Positions 8,620-18,499 of a stretch of 64,000 nt of DNA are shown here, one piece after another. The notes beneath the pieces are model-generated. The model saw nothing but the letters and a program-made list of their open reading frames with translations, had not been told where the DNA came from and searched no databases. Position numbers and translations under genes: made by a program. Source of the stretch: Escherichia phage vB_EcoM-pEB20; the sequence record OP114733. One strand, 5' to 3'. Each line of letters starts with the position of its first letter. Within the stretch, counting starts at the first letter, position 1.

Positions 8620-8663
8620 GCTCTCATGGATTACAAAAACATTAATCAATTGAGGAAATTAGC

Positions 8664-9110
8664 ATGTCCAAATATTTAACTCGTAAAGACCTTCTGGCAG
8701 TTGGTGGTGAAGTTGTTGCAGTAGTTCGTAATGGCGAATACGGTTCCGAAGTTTCTAAAGAGTTTCGTTCTCGTGAAGGTTTTTACTTCTTTGTTAAAGG
8801 TTCATCTGATTGGCGACAAGTAGCAGCACGGTTCTTTGTAGGACGTCAACGTTCTAAACAAGGGTTGGATGCAATTCTTTCTCACATTCGTCAAGGCCGT
8901 TCGCAACTAGCCCGTACCATGGGCACTAACAATATTGAATATGATGTAATCTTTGTTGCAGCTAAGAACATGAAACCACTGACCACTGGTTATGGTAAAG
9001 GTCAATTGGCTCTAGCATTCACTCGCAACCATACATCAGAATATCAAACACTCACTGAAATGAACCGTCTTCTGGCTGATAATTTCAAATTCATTCTGCA
9101 GAGTTACTAA
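8664..9110 (+). CDS. ndd: nucleoid disruption protein Ndd
   Basis: 148-aa ORF; [46 protein letters not shown]...[12 protein letters not shown] matches recalled T4 Ndd. Confidence 0.85.
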   Translation: MSKYLTRKDLLAVGGEVVAVVRNGEYGSEVSKEFRSREGFYFFVKGSSDWRQVAARFFVGRQRSKQGLDAILSHIRQGRSQLARTMGTNNIEYDVIFVAAKNMKPLTTGYGKGQLALAFTRNHTSEYQTLTEMNRLLADNFKFILQSY

Positions 9111-9162
9111 TTTATACAGGCCTATTAAGTTAGGCCTTTAATTTATTTTTGAGGTAATTAAA

Positions 9163-9309
9163 ATGATAGCATGGATTATTGCATTGCTGTGTTGGACATT
9201 TTTATTCGTTAGCACTTTAGTTACAGGCGAAACAACAGTATTTCAACAGGCCATATCACAAGGCACCTTAGCGGTCTTAGCTCTTCTTAACGTGTTAAAA
9301 GGCGAGTAA
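9163..9309 (+). CDS. small membrane protein (48 aa), ac/stp locus position
   Basis: Hydrophobic ORF MIAWIIALLCWTFLFVSTLV...; lies between ndd and gene 52. Confidence 0.35.
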   Translation: MIAWIIALLCWTFLFVSTLVTGETTVFQQAISQGTLAVLALLNVLKGE

Positions 9310-9449
9310 TGATTAAGAAAATCTTAGCAGGAGCCTTCGGGCTCTTGTTGTTGCTTACGGTTCTGTACTACGGTGTGATGTTTGGACTAATCCAAGTAGT
9401 GCTTTTCATTTCAGATGTTATAATGGATATTCGTTCATTAATATGGTGA
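9309..9449 (+). CDS. small membrane protein (46 aa)
   Basis: Start overlaps previous stop; hydrophobic GAFGLLLLLTVLYYGVMFGLIQVVLFI. Confidence 0.35.
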   Translation: MIKKILAGAFGLLLLLTVLYYGVMFGLIQVVLFISDVIMDIRSLIW

Positions 9450-9453
9450 AAAT

Positions 9454-10779
9454 ATGCAATTGAATTCTCGTAATCTAAAAAGTATTATTGATAACGAAGC
9501 CTTAGCATATGCGATGTACACCGTTGAAAACCGTGCAATCCCAAACATGATTGATGGATTTAAGCCGGTTCAACGTTTTGTGGTCCATCGTGCGTTAGAT
9601 TTGGCTCGTGGTAATAAAGAAAAATTTCATAAACTTGCGTCAATTGCAGGCGGTGTTGCAGATTTAGGTTATCACCATGGTGAATCTTCTGCACAAGATG
9701 CAGGTGCATTGATGGCTAACACATGGAACAACAACTATCCACTGTTAGATGGCCAAGGCAACTTTGGTTCTAGAACAGTCCAAAAAGCTGCAGCATCTCG
9801 TTATATTTTTGCTCGTGTAAGTAAAAATTTCTATAACGTATATAAAGATACTGAATATGCTCCAGCTCATGAAGATAAAGAACACGTTCCGCCAAAATTC
9901 TATCTTCCTATTATTCCGACAGTTCTTTTGAATGGCGTCTCTGGTATTGCAACCGGTTACGCAACAAATATTCTGCCTCATAGTTTTAAATCAGTCAAAA
10001 AGGCTGTATTACAAGCTCTTCAAGGTAAAAATGTCACTAAGCCAAAAGTTGAATTCCCAGAATTCCGTGGTGAAGTACATGAAGTTGATGGGCGTTATGA
10101 GATTCACGGAACATATAAGTTCACATCTCGCACTCAAATGCAGATAACTGAAATCCCATATAAATTCGACCGTGAAACGTATGTGAGTAAGGTTCTTGAC
10201 CCGTTGGAAGACAAAGGTCTAATCTCATGGGAAGATGATTGCGGTGAACACGGCTTTGGGTTTAAGGTGAAGTTCCGTAAAGAGTACTCGCTTCCTGATG
10301 ATGAAGAGCTACGTCATGAAAAAATCATGAAAGATTTTAGTCTCATCGAACGTCGTTCACAAAACATCACAGTGATTAATGAAACGGGTAAATTAGCGGT
10401 CTATGATAACGTAGTGGACTTAATCAAAGATTTTGTTGAAGTCCGTAAGACTTACGTTCAGAAACGTATTGACAACAAAATCCTTGAATCTGAAAAAGCA
10501 TTTAAACTGGCTTTTGCTAAGGCACACTTCATCAAAAAAGTTATCAACGGTGAAATTGTGATTCAGGGCAAGACTCGTAAAGCTTTGACTGAAGAGCTAG
10601 CACAAATCGAAATGTATAAAGAACATGTCGATAAACTGGTAGGTCTTAACATCTTCCATATCACTTCCGACGAAGCACGTAAACTAGCAGAAGAAGCTAA
10701 AGCTAAGAAAGAAGAAAATGAGTATTGGAAGTCTACTGATGTTGTGACAGAGTACACTAAAGACTTGGAGGCACTTTGA
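9454..10779 (+). CDS. 52: DNA topoisomerase II medium subunit (GyrA-like)
   Basis: 441-aa ORF; N-terminal region MQLNSRNLKSIIDNEALAYAMYTVENRAIPNMIDGFKPVQR matches recalled T4 gp52. Confidence 0.9.
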   Translation: MQLNSRNLKSIIDNEALAYAMYTVENRAIPNMIDGFKPVQRFVVHRALDLARGNKEKFHKLASIAGGVADLGYHHGESSAQDAGALMANTWNNNYPLLDGQGNFGSRTVQKAAASRYIFARVSKNFYNVYKDTEYAPAHEDKEHVPPKFYLPIIPTVLLNGVSGIATGYATNILPHSFKSVKKAVLQALQGKNVTKPKVEFPEFRGEVHEVDGRYEIHGTYKFTSRTQMQITEIPYKFDRETYVSKVLDPLEDKGLISWEDDCGEHGFGFKVKFRKEYSLPDDEELRHEKIMKDFSLIERRSQNITVINETGKLAVYDNVVDLIKDFVEVRKTYVQKRIDNKILESEKAFKLAFAKAHFIKKVINGEIVIQGKTRKALTEELAQIEMYKEHVDKLVGLNIFHITSDEARKLAEEAKAKKEENEYWKSTDVVTEYTKDLEAL

Positions 10780-10855
10780 GTGCCCTAGCCTTAGGATTTC
10801 TCGGTGCAATAGCTGCACTAGTGATTTGGCTGTATTTGTTGGACAAACATGATTA

Positions 10856-10875
10856 GGGAGCTTCGGCTCCCTTTT
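10856..10875 (+). terminator. intrinsic terminator GGGAGCTTCGGCTCCC + T4 after gene 52
   Basis: GC stem, UUCG loop, T-run. Confidence 0.75.
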
Positions 10876-10896
10876 GTGCATTTTTCTCACAAAACA

Positions 10897-10925
10897 GTTT
10901 ACATGTGCTTCAAACATGATATTAT
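10897..10925 (+). promoter_or_regulatory. early/middle promoter (GTTTAC-N17-TATTAT with embedded TGCTTCA MotA-like box)
   Basis: consensus match; near-identical copy at 11219-11247. Confidence 0.6.
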
Positions 10926-10970
10926 AGACCTATCAAAACAAAACAACCAAATTGGAGAAATAAAATGTCT
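10897..10970 (+). repeat. promoter/leader cassette, copy 1 of 2
   Basis: about 90 percent identical to 11219-11290 including TGCTTCAAACATGATATTATAGACCTATCAAAACAAA and GGAGAAATAAAATGTCTAAA. Confidence 0.8.
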
Positions 10971-11180
10971 AAAATGAAATTAACCCAAAACACAACTACT
11001 CGTTTCGGTAAAGTTAAACCTGGTATGAATGCTCCCCGTAAAGCACTTGTTGAAGAATTAAATTTCTTAGAAGTTGAAATCAATTCTTTAGTGGTTCGCG
11101 GTTCAAATGGTCATCATTTAGAAAAGCTTCGTTCTAAAAAGGCAAAACTTATTGGCCTTATTAAAGAAATGAGTTTGTAA
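10965..11180 (+). CDS. hypothetical basic protein (71 aa), stand-alone module
   Basis: ORF with its own promoter/leader (10897-10964) that duplicates the motA promoter/leader; GGAGAAATAAA-ATG RBS. Confidence 0.55.
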   Translation: MSKMKLTQNTTTRFGKVKPGMNAPRKALVEELNFLEVEINSLVVRGSNGHHLEKLRSKKAKLIGLIKEMSL

Positions 11181-11218
11181 ATTTTACCAGGGCTTTTGGA
11201 AAAAGAGCCCAAAATAAA

Positions 11219-11247
11219 GTTTACTTTTGCTTCAAACATGATATTAT
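11219..11247 (+). promoter_or_regulatory. early/middle promoter of motA (GTTTAC-N17-TATTAT with TGCTTCA box)
   Basis: consensus match; duplicate of 10897-10925. Confidence 0.6.
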
Positions 11248-11290
11248 AGACCTATCAAAACAAATACTAATTTGGAGAAATAAAATGTCT
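11219..11290 (+). repeat. promoter/leader cassette, copy 2 of 2 (motA)
   Basis: see 10897-10970. Confidence 0.8.
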
Positions 11291-11917
11291 AAAGTTACTT
11301 ACATCATCAAAGCTTCCGAAAACGTTCTGAATGAAAAAACTGCTGCAATAATGGTTTATATCATTAAGAACAACTTCACCACTGCTGCCAATGTCCGTGA
11401 AGCTCTGGAAGCAGAATACAATGCATCGGTTGTTAACTCTAACATTGGTGTATTGATTAAGAAAGGTTTAGTCGAAAAATCCGGTGATGGACTTGTAGCA
11501 ACAGGTGAAGCAATGGATATTATCCAAAAAGCTGCAGACCTCTTTGCCCAAGAAAATGCTCCAGAACTTCTTCAGAAACGTAACACCAGAAAAGCACGTG
11601 GAGTTACTCCTGAAATGCATGAATTAGCAAACTTTGTTTTTGAAAATATTAAAGATAAAGTTGAAGTTAAAGAAATTGGTGAAAACCGTAGTAACTTAGA
11701 AGTTCGATTTGCAAAACGAGTTCTAGGTATTCGTCAGATCGAAATTCGTCGAGATGGTTCTCTTAGAATCTTTGCATACAACATGTCAGAAACTGAATCA
11801 AAGCTGTTTACTTCTCTTGAAAATGATGTTAAGATTAAGATCGGTGGTAAATATACTTATATTGACTTCCCTAATGTGTCCAAAGAAATCATTACCCTTG
11901 TAACTAACGTACTGTGA
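11285..11917 (+). CDS. motA: middle-transcription activator MotA
   Basis: 210-aa ORF; MSKVTYIIKAS...NSNIGVLIKKGLVEKSGDGL matches recalled T4 MotA. Confidence 0.9.
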   Translation: MSKVTYIIKASENVLNEKTAAIMVYIIKNNFTTAANVREALEAEYNASVVNSNIGVLIKKGLVEKSGDGLVATGEAMDIIQKAADLFAQENAPELLQKRNTRKARGVTPEMHELANFVFENIKDKVEVKEIGENRSNLEVRFAKRVLGIRQIEIRRDGSLRIFAYNMSETESKLFTSLENDVKIKIGGKYTYIDFPNVSKEIITLVTNVL

Positions 11918-11927
11918 GGAATACATA

Positions 11928-12257
11928 ATGAATAAGCTGAATATTATTAACGAACTTCGTAAATGTGCAGAACCTACTCAGGAAGGATGGGATATTTGGT
12001 ACCACGGGGCTTATTTAGGGACAATTGTAAAGATTAAAGCAGGCCAATATACGGTTATTCGTGAAAATAATGACGCGCCATTTGGCCTTCGTAAAAACTA
12101 CATGGCAGCGATCAGTTCGTTTGTTGATACAGCTTACGAAATCTATAAAGAAGATTATAAAGAATATCAGCAGTCACAACCGGTTATTCGTTCGATTGGT
12201 GTAAATAAACAAGCACAAAAATCTATTTGGCAGCGTATTAAAGGATGGTTTAAATGA
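11928..12257 (+). CDS. hypothetical protein (109 aa)
   Basis: ORF-track ORF in the motA-asiA interval. Confidence 0.5.
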   Translation: MNKLNIINELRKCAEPTQEGWDIWYHGAYLGTIVKIKAGQYTVIRENNDAPFGLRKNYMAAISSFVDTAYEIYKEDYKEYQQSQPVIRSIGVNKQAQKSIWQRIKGWFK

Positions 12258-12715
12258 AAACTTTTAAAGAACGTTTAGCTCTGTTAGATAAAGCTTTGTC
12301 GCGTGAGACTCCGGAAAGTCTGGCTGCTAAATTAGCTTCTTACGGTGGTGAATATACAGAACAAAATGTTTTAGATGAAGTTCCTGAAATCTGTTGGCAG
12401 ACTCTGTATTGGGATGAAAACCAAAAGTATCAACGACGAATTGTCTGCGCAGCCAACCGTTTTAAATTAAAAGATGGACGAACTCTTATTATTCCAGGTG
12501 CTCGTCATTATTCTAAAGATATGGCAGAAGTTTTAGATGTAGTTAAACCTCAATTAGTTACTCAACAAGTTTGTGATGATGACCAAGGGTTTATTGACCA
12601 ATATAGTAATTATTGGACACGTGAAGAAGCAATGATTATTGCAACTTACGCTGGACAAGTACGTATTGAACGTGGTGGTAATGAAAAAGAACTTTACTCT
12701 GAGGACCTTTACTAA
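12254..12715 (+). CDS. hypothetical protein (153 aa)
   Basis: ATGA-coupled to upstream ORF. Confidence 0.5.
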   Translation: MKTFKERLALLDKALSRETPESLAAKLASYGGEYTEQNVLDEVPEICWQTLYWDENQKYQRRIVCAANRFKLKDGRTLIIPGARHYSKDMAEVLDVVKPQLVTQQVCDDDQGFIDQYSNYWTREEAMIIATYAGQVRIERGGNEKELYSEDLY

Positions 12716-12996
12716 TGAATCTTAAACAACTCCAGATTGATGCTATTGAAGCCCACATTAATCATATCAAACGCCTGAATGCTATGATGGAAGAAAATTA
12801 TGGTATGTATGCTAATCAGCCCGGTTGGGATGCTTTAGACCATCCTTATTTGGTTAATTTATGTAAAGGTGATACGTTAGCAATTATTCGTGATGGGTTA
12901 AAACCTTTCTTGCGCGACATGTATATTAAAATGAACGAAGAAATTATTGGCTCGTTGCAATATCAATTAAGGAAATTAGATGATGAGAATAATTGA
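12715..12996 (+). CDS. hypothetical protein (93 aa); occupies the arn (anti-restriction) position of T4
   Basis: TAATG-coupled ORF; size and position resemble T4 Arn (about 92 aa) but sequence identity not verified. Confidence 0.45.
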   Translation: MNLKQLQIDAIEAHINHIKRLNAMMEENYGMYANQPGWDALDHPYLVNLCKGDTLAIIRDGLKPFLRDMYIKMNEEIIGSLQYQLRKLDDENN

Positions 12997-13198
12997 TTCT
13001 AAAGCAGATTATTTTAATTCTGTTAATGATAAGAATAAAGCTTTAATTCGTCACTTTATTACTGAGATGGGATATACTGTCTCTAAAGATTTGAAAGAGC
13101 ACATTATAGAATGTTCTGTGGCTAAAAAGTTTTCTTTCACAGACAAATGTTTAAACGAGGTTATAAATCATTATGAACAATCTTGTAGCAAAACATGA
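12980..13198 (+). CDS. hypothetical protein (72 aa)
   Basis: ORF-track ORF. Confidence 0.4.
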   Translation: MMRIIDSKADYFNSVNDKNKALIRHFITEMGYTVSKDLKEHIIECSVAKKFSFTDKCLNEVINHYEQSCSKT

Positions 13199-13281
13199 TT
13201 TCAATAAGGCTTCCGTCCATAAGGACAAAAAGAAATCAGAACTTCAATCTAAACGTAAACAAAAACATAAGGGTAAAGACT

Positions 13282-13581
13282 ATGCTTACTAAAATCAAAG
13301 AAAATCCTGCCACTGAACTTGTTATTCGTTGTGAAGAACTTGCAGAGCTTTATCAGGTTAACCGAGAAGTGTATCGTAGTGTTGTTGTAGATATGGCAGA
13401 CGAAGTATGTTCTCGTATTCCTTTTAGTGTCGATTTCAATGACATGAAGCCTGGTGAAATCACTATCGTCTTTGGTTCCGACTATACTGAAGAACGGGCT
13501 CTTAATGTCCTAGAATATGAAATGTCATTCTTTGACATACAGGACTACATTGATAGTTATAAGGAACAATATGAGTCATAA
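13282..13581 (+). CDS. hypothetical acidic protein (about 99 aa)
   Basis: ATG at 13282 preceded by TAAGGG RBS; ORF track extends to an ATGA-coupled start at 13195. Confidence 0.45.
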   Translation: MLTKIKENPATELVIRCEELAELYQVNREVYRSVVVDMADEVCSRIPFSVDFNDMKPGEITIVFGSDYTEERALNVLEYEMSFFDIQDYIDSYKEQYES

Positions 13582-13732
13582 TCTTCAGAACGTAGTAGAG
13601 GCCGAACGGGAGCGTGAGGCTTTAGTCTATAATGAACTATTAGCTTTGTTCTTAGCCTTAAACTCGTACGAACAGGAAGACTACATCAATTACGTTAAAA
13701 GCGTAGAAAAAGCCATTTACAATCAACACTGA
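13571..13732 (+). CDS. hypothetical protein (53 aa)
   Basis: ATGAGTCATAA overlap with upstream stop. Confidence 0.35.
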   Translation: MSHNLQNVVEAEREREALVYNELLALFLALNSYEQEDYINYVKSVEKAIYNQH

Positions 13733-13744
13733 TAATGGTACTAT
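13716..13744 (+). promoter_or_regulatory. early promoter of asiA (TTTACA-N17-TACTAT)
   Basis: consensus match about 35 nt upstream of asiA ATG. Confidence 0.55.
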
Positions 13745-13778
13745 ATCCATATCAACTAAGTGGAATGAATAAAACGTT

Positions 13779-14051
13779 ATGAATAAAGACATTGAAATCG
13801 TACGTGAAATTATTACTATTGCTTCTATTTTGATTAAATTCTCTAGGGAAGATATTGTTGAAGACCGAGCAAGTTTCATCGGATTCTTGAATGAGATTGG
13901 AATTAAAAAAGATGGTCGGCAGCTAAATCAGAATTCGTTCAGAAAACTAATTACAAATTTAACTGCCGAAGAAAAGAAAACACTGATTAGTGAATTCAAT
14001 GAAGGTTTTGAAAATATTTATCGTCATTTAGCGATGTATTCTAACAACTAA
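13779..14051 (+). CDS. asiA: anti-sigma-70 factor AsiA
   Basis: 90-aa ORF; MNKDIEIVREIITIASILIKFSREDIVEDRASFIGFLNEIG... matches recalled T4 AsiA. Confidence 0.93.
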   Translation: MNKDIEIVREIITIASILIKFSREDIVEDRASFIGFLNEIGIKKDGRQLNQNSFRKLITNLTAEEKKTLISEFNEGFENIYRHLAMYSNN

Positions 14052-14711
14052 TTATTTAGCCCTTCCTAGTATTCGGATCGCTTGGTTGCATATAGCCGCT
14101 AAGCGATCTTCCTCAAGTATATTACTCCCCTTATACCAATACATCGTCACAGTTCCAGCGTAGATGTTATCCAAATTAAAGTATGGACAACTATACATAT
14201 AAGAAAGTTCGGCAGTCTTAGATTTTGTAGGCAAAAATGCAAATTCTGATTTAGATGAGAAATGACGGCCACTTAAATGAATTATATATTCATTGGCCGT
14301 TTTATCCACCGGGAATCCGCCAAGGGACTTTTCAGAAATTGTGCTAGGTAGTTTGCCTTCATAAGCTATAAGGTCGACGAAATAATTTAAGTTTTTAGGT
14401 CTGAAAGAATACACAGCACTAAAATCTGCACCAGATGAGATATGAACTATTTGCAGTTGTTCTAGAGCCGCAGATTCAAAACGTAAAGCTCGTTCTTTTT
14501 GGATTATTTCAGTATAAGTATCATACTTAGCTCTTACATAATAATCCAGCAAAATACTTCCTTTGTACCATATTAGTGCCATTAGGAACAAAAGAATAAT
14601 TACCGCTACTCGGGACATTAAAACCTTTCCAGTAGCGTTATCTTTGAAAATACGATCTAGCAACCCAAATAGAATATCACTAGGTGAAAATGACACTTTT
14701 GGTGTTGCCAT
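14052..14711 (-). CDS. t: holin T
   Basis: 219-aa ORF; SFSPSDILFG...NATGKVL...FRPKNLNYFVD...YMYSCPYFNLDNIYAG matches recalled T4 holin. Confidence 0.93.
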   Translation of the reverse strand: MATPKVSFSPSDILFGLLDRIFKDNATGKVLMSRVAVIILLFLMALIWYKGSILLDYYVRAKYDTYTEIIQKERALRFESAALEQLQIVHISSGADFSAVYSFRPKNLNYFVDLIAYEGKLPSTISEKSLGGFPVDKTANEYIIHLSGRHFSSKSEFAFLPTKSKTAELSYMYSCPYFNLDNIYAGTVTMYWYKGSNILEEDRLAAICNQAIRILGRAK

Positions 14712-14720
14712 AATACCTCC

Positions 14721-15272
14721 TTACTTAAAGATATTTATAATCGCTTTGAAAATAGATTTGTTTTCAAGGTCAGGGAATTTAGGGAATTCGCCGCCAAGAT
14801 GTTCATGTTTTTCTAAAAGGGCAAAGAATTTTTTGAGCTCTTTAAATTTTCGTTTTTCTTCTCTATTAGCAACCTCTGCGTCAATAAGAGAACTTAAAAC
14901 ACCGAATAATTTATAGAGTTCATGAATTTTCTTGTCACGTTGAACTACGCGTTTATATGCTTCATCTTCCTTCCACCCGTCACCGGACCAAATGTCAAAT
15001 TCACCAGGTTCTTCTGTAGTAACATTTTGAAGAGTACCTGGAGTGTCAATAACAATTTTTTGCTTATCATAAGTCCATACTGTTTTTCCACGATGGTCTT
15101 CGACATATACCCATTCTTGTTCGCGTTCATCAAATACAACAGCATAGCCTTCTTTAGGGTCTAAAGGTTTTTTTGGTGTCGAATGAGCCGGAAATCCTAC
15201 GCCTTTTAATGGTTTATAATTTTCTTCTTTGTAAAATTCTTTAGTGTCAAAATAATAGTGATAGAGTTTCAT
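14721..15272 (-). CDS. 38: gp38 tail-fibre assembly chaperone (T4 type)
   Basis: 183-aa ORF; M.LYHYYFDTKEFYKEENYKP...ALLEKHEHLGGEFP matches recalled T4 gp38. Confidence 0.92.
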   Translation of the reverse strand: MKLYHYYFDTKEFYKEENYKPLKGVGFPAHSTPKKPLDPKEGYAVVFDEREQEWVYVEDHRGKTVWTYDKQKIVIDTPGTLQNVTTEEPGEFDIWSGDGWKEDEAYKRVVQRDKKIHELYKLFGVLSSLIDAEVANREEKRKFKELKKFFALLEKHEHLGGEFPKFPDLENKSIFKAIINIFK

Positions 15273-15274
15273 AT

Positions 15275-15296
15275 TATAAAAAGGGACCGAAGTCCC
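15275..15296 (-). terminator. hairpin GGGACTTCGGTCCC + T-run (minus strand) between genes 37 and 38
   Basis: UUCG-loop hairpin with T5 on the minus strand. Confidence 0.6.
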
Positions 15297-15302
15297 TTCT
15301 CC

Positions 15303-18300
15303 TTATGCTAAACGAACGATATAGTTAAAAGCAACGTTTTTAACTGTGTTTTCTGTATTTCCTGTGGCATTTACAGTTATTGTATGTCCATGGGAACCAA
15401 TTGCAACAGTATGAGAATGAGCACCAATACCCACAGTATGCGTATGAGCACCAATACCCACAGTATGAGCATGGTTACCCGTAGCGCTAGTAGTTCCTGA
15501 CCAACTATGAGTGTGGGCACCATCTGAAGAAGTTTTGGCTATATTCGACTCTGCAGTAGCACCATTCACGGTTCCAGTGAATTTAGCGTTGGCGTTTGCA
15601 CCTACACTATTATATCCGTCATAGAATATGTTATTGGGTATGCCGGCTTGTATCTGAGGGCCTGAACGCGCGTGTTGGTGCGCACCGGCGGAACTAGTAT
15701 TACCGCTCACTGTATGGTTATGGTTACCAGTGGTATTACTGGTCTTAGTACCATAATCAAAGCTTGAAGTCGTTTTGCTACCGTAATCAAAACTAGAAGT
15801 GGTCTTAGTACCCAAATCCGTGTTTGATGCACTTGCACTATGGCTATGTGACTTAACACCGTCTGCTTCTGTACTTAATACAGCACGCCCAGATGGTTTA
15901 CCCTTGATAGTTTGACCACGCATATCAGGCAGAGCGCCGGAAGGATACACCGCAGCTAACTTAGGATACAAGTCAGTATCAAACGTCTGGCCTTCCATGA
16001 CGGCATAACCTTCAGGAGGTGTATCAGTAGGCCAAGGAATCGGAGCACCAATTGGATAACTCGACACAATATCTATCTTAAGGTTATTTATTGTGGTATT
16101 CAAGTTAGCAAAATTACCAGAACCACCAGTAATATTACCGTCAGTACCAATACGAACATTACCAGCGCCTAATTTACCAGGAGAATAAAAATCACCGTTT
16201 TTATTAAATTCCCATCCAAGATCCTTTATAACAGCACCAGTAGAAACGCCGTCACCACCTTCGTGATAATGAACTCTAAAGTTACCACCATTAATTAAAG
16301 TACCAATAGAATAGCAACTATTATTTTGAACGTATCTTTGTTTCACAATAGGAACATAAGTGCTTGTATCTGTTCTATCAATATTCATATAGAACGGAGC
16401 ACGAACGTTTTCATTATTTTGTGAAGCAAAAGAACCGGCTCCAGCAGGTCGTGCAGTATCAGTACATTCAGCGTCGATATATGCCGATTGTCCTAATTGC
16501 ATACGGTAATTAGGAGAAATGCGACTATGACTAGTTATAACAACAAGTTTACTATCATTATCAACGGTCACCATATTACCGCCTGCACCGTCATCACCTA
16601 ACGTGACGGAATGACGCATTTGAACCATACCGTTATGAAGTGCGATGCTCAATGGACGAAGATTACCTATTTCACCATTTTCTCCTTGGTCTTTAAGAGT
16701 AGGAATAATGTGCAATGCCGTTTCTGAACGACGGAAAATTGCGCCATATTCGGCGTTCCAAATTCTCAATGCATTTGCTGTTCCACCAAATTTAGCTTGT
16801 CCGTTTACAGATAATCCATTATTTGCAACTAAACTTGATTCACTAACAATAGAACCGGCCGATATAATACCACCACCCACACGTAAAGCGCCAGAAATTC
16901 TAAATTGAAGAGAACCCACAGTTTCAGAACCCGTTGGAGCTAAACGTTGAGAATAAAAATGATAGCCCTGACCGTCATACAATTCAAATACGGTTTCACG
17001 ATTACCGGCAGTAGGGTCGAATGCATTACCCCAAGCTTTCATAGTTAGATAACTTTTATTTTGTCCTGCACGGGTCCCGGCGTTCCATTGGATAGTTCTC
17101 GAGCCATCAACTTTGCTAGGGGCACCAAATTTAAGGCCTTCGGTATTATTAGAACTATTTAAAAATAATTCGTTGTCTAATTTAACAGGTTGGATAGAGG
17201 AAATAGTGCCGTCAGCATAAAACTGTACATTATTAGAGCCAGTTACCAATTTCAAAATACCGGGGTTAACTTCCATGCCTTCTTGGGTATTAATGTTAGT
17301 TTTGCCTTTACCACGGAAATAGTGGTTCATTTTACCGCCTGAGTTATAGCCAATATGTGTCTGGCCGTCTCCAGCAGTGTTTTCATCAGCTTGTGTTTGA
17401 ACCGATAAAAACGCGGCGTTGTTTCCAGGCATGTTCCATGTAGCACCTTGGTCTTCTGAGCGACCAAATATACCTTTACGAGTACTACGGAAACTATCTG
17501 GAGTAACAGATGCAACGGAATAACCTCCACCAACTAAATCATAAACACCTTGCTTAATATATTTCAGACCGGTTACAGTGTCACCGAGAACAAGATACTT
17601 ATCGCCCATTACACCGACGTTACCATAATCACTAGACGGGAAACCCGTAGTGAATGTACCTAATGCAAGGCTATTACGGCCTGCCATTCGTCCGTCATTA
17701 CGAATGCCATATTGTTTAGATGATGGAGTATTACCTGTCCACCAAGACATTTCATCAGCCTGGCCAGTCTGAGCAGTACAAAGCTCATGCCACATAGTGC
17801 CACCTGATTTAGCTCGAACTTTACGAAGATAGTTTACTCCGTTAGTTTCACCAGTTCCAGGATAAACATACTGAACTAATGATTGCGAATCGTATTGTCC
17901 AAAGGCTTTATAATCATGATTAATTAAATTAACACTAATAGTTGGTGTACTAATAGAAGTTAAAGCAGTTAATTTGCGTGCCTGGAAGATACCGCCATCA
18001 GTAGAAATGAAATGAAATTCTGAATTTTGAGCCCCTGCTGCGGTTCCTTGACGAACGCGCATTGTAATTACGCCTTCATTTTCAGACTGCGGTTTTGAAT
18101 ATAAAACACCTCTCTCTGATCCATTTGTATTTTCAAACCAAAGATGGGCATTGGAAGTATCATTTGTTGCTCTTGCGTAAAATGACCCTCGCATAGATCT
18201 AAAAACTAAGGCGGATACGCCTTCAGTAGAACCAATAGGTCCATTTACGGTCATTCCACCTGTTTGTACATAATCGCCGTTTAATTTCAAAAGACCATTG

Positions 18301-18491
18301 ATAGTTACATTTCCATCAACTTGCCCGCCTTTAGTAAAACCCAGATCAATGATATTTCCTGAATCGTCTTTAGTAAAAATTGTTCTATCTTTTAAGTTTA
18401 TAGCCAATTCACCTTCGGCTAATACTGAAGCAGCAGGACGTGCACCTGCGGTTTTGCTTCTTTTAAATTGTATTTGTTTTAAAGTAGCCAT
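15303..18491 (-). CDS. 37: long tail fibre distal subunit gp37
   Basis: 1062-aa ORF; N-terminus [21 protein letters not shown]...; C-terminal His-x-His array and ...[16 protein letters not shown] as in T4 gp37. Confidence 0.93.
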   Translation of the reverse strand: MATLKQIQFKRSKTAGARPAASVLAEGELAINLKDRTIFTKDDSGNIIDLGFTKGGQVDGNVTINGLLKLNGDYVQTGGMTVNGPIGSTEGVSALVFRSMRGSFYARATNDTSNAHLWFENTNGSERGVLYSKPQSENEGVITMRVRQGTAAGAQNSEFHFISTDGGIFQARKLTALTSISTPTISVNLINHDYKAFGQYDSQSLVQYVYPGTGETNGVNYLRKVRAKSGGTMWHELCTAQTGQADEMSWWTGNTPSSKQYGIRNDGRMAGRNSLALGTFTTGFPSSDYGNVGVMGDKYLVLGDTVTGLKYIKQGVYDLVGGGYSVASVTPDSFRSTRKGIFGRSEDQGATWNMPGNNAAFLSVQTQADENTAGDGQTHIGYNSGGKMNHYFRGKGKTNINTQEGMEVNPGILKLVTGSNNVQFYADGTISSIQPVKLDNELFLNSSNNTEGLKFGAPSKVDGSRTIQWNAGTRAGQNKSYLTMKAWGNAFDPTAGNRETVFELYDGQGYHFYSQRLAPTGSETVGSLQFRISGALRVGGGIISAGSIVSESSLVANNGLSVNGQAKFGGTANALRIWNAEYGAIFRRSETALHIIPTLKDQGENGEIGNLRPLSIALHNGMVQMRHSVTLGDDGAGGNMVTVDNDSKLVVITSHSRISPNYRMQLGQSAYIDAECTDTARPAGAGSFASQNNENVRAPFYMNIDRTDTSTYVPIVKQRYVQNNSCYSIGTLINGGNFRVHYHEGGDGVSTGAVIKDLGWEFNKNGDFYSPGKLGAGNVRIGTDGNITGGSGNFANLNTTINNLKIDIVSSYPIGAPIPWPTDTPPEGYAVMEGQTFDTDLYPKLAAVYPSGALPDMRGQTIKGKPSGRAVLSTEADGVKSHSHSASASNTDLGTKTTSSFDYGSKTTSSFDYGTKTSNTTGNHNHTVSGNTSSAGAHQHARSGPQIQAGIPNNIFYDGYNSVGANANAKFTGTVNGATAESNIAKTSSDGAHTHSWSGTTSATGNHAHTVGIGAHTHTVGIGAHSHTVAIGSHGHTITVNATGNTENTVKNVAFNYIVRLA

Positions 18492-18499
18492 AAGTCCTC

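Noticed and set aside
10777-10857. Possible 26-aa hydrophobic peptide from a TTG start overlapping the gene 52 stop (stp-sized)
   Set aside because: Requires a non-ATG start with no RBS and shows no resemblance to the recalled T4 Stp sequence; too speculative to annotate.
11190-11210. GGGCTTTTGGAAAAAGAGCCC as an intrinsic terminator after the 71-aa ORF
   Set aside because: Stem is imperfect and no T-run follows on the + strand; kept only as a possible hairpin.
14563-15164. Plus-strand ORFs (14563-14916, 14922-15164) overlapping holin t and gene 38
   Set aside because: Antisense to strongly conserved genes; low-complexity translations.
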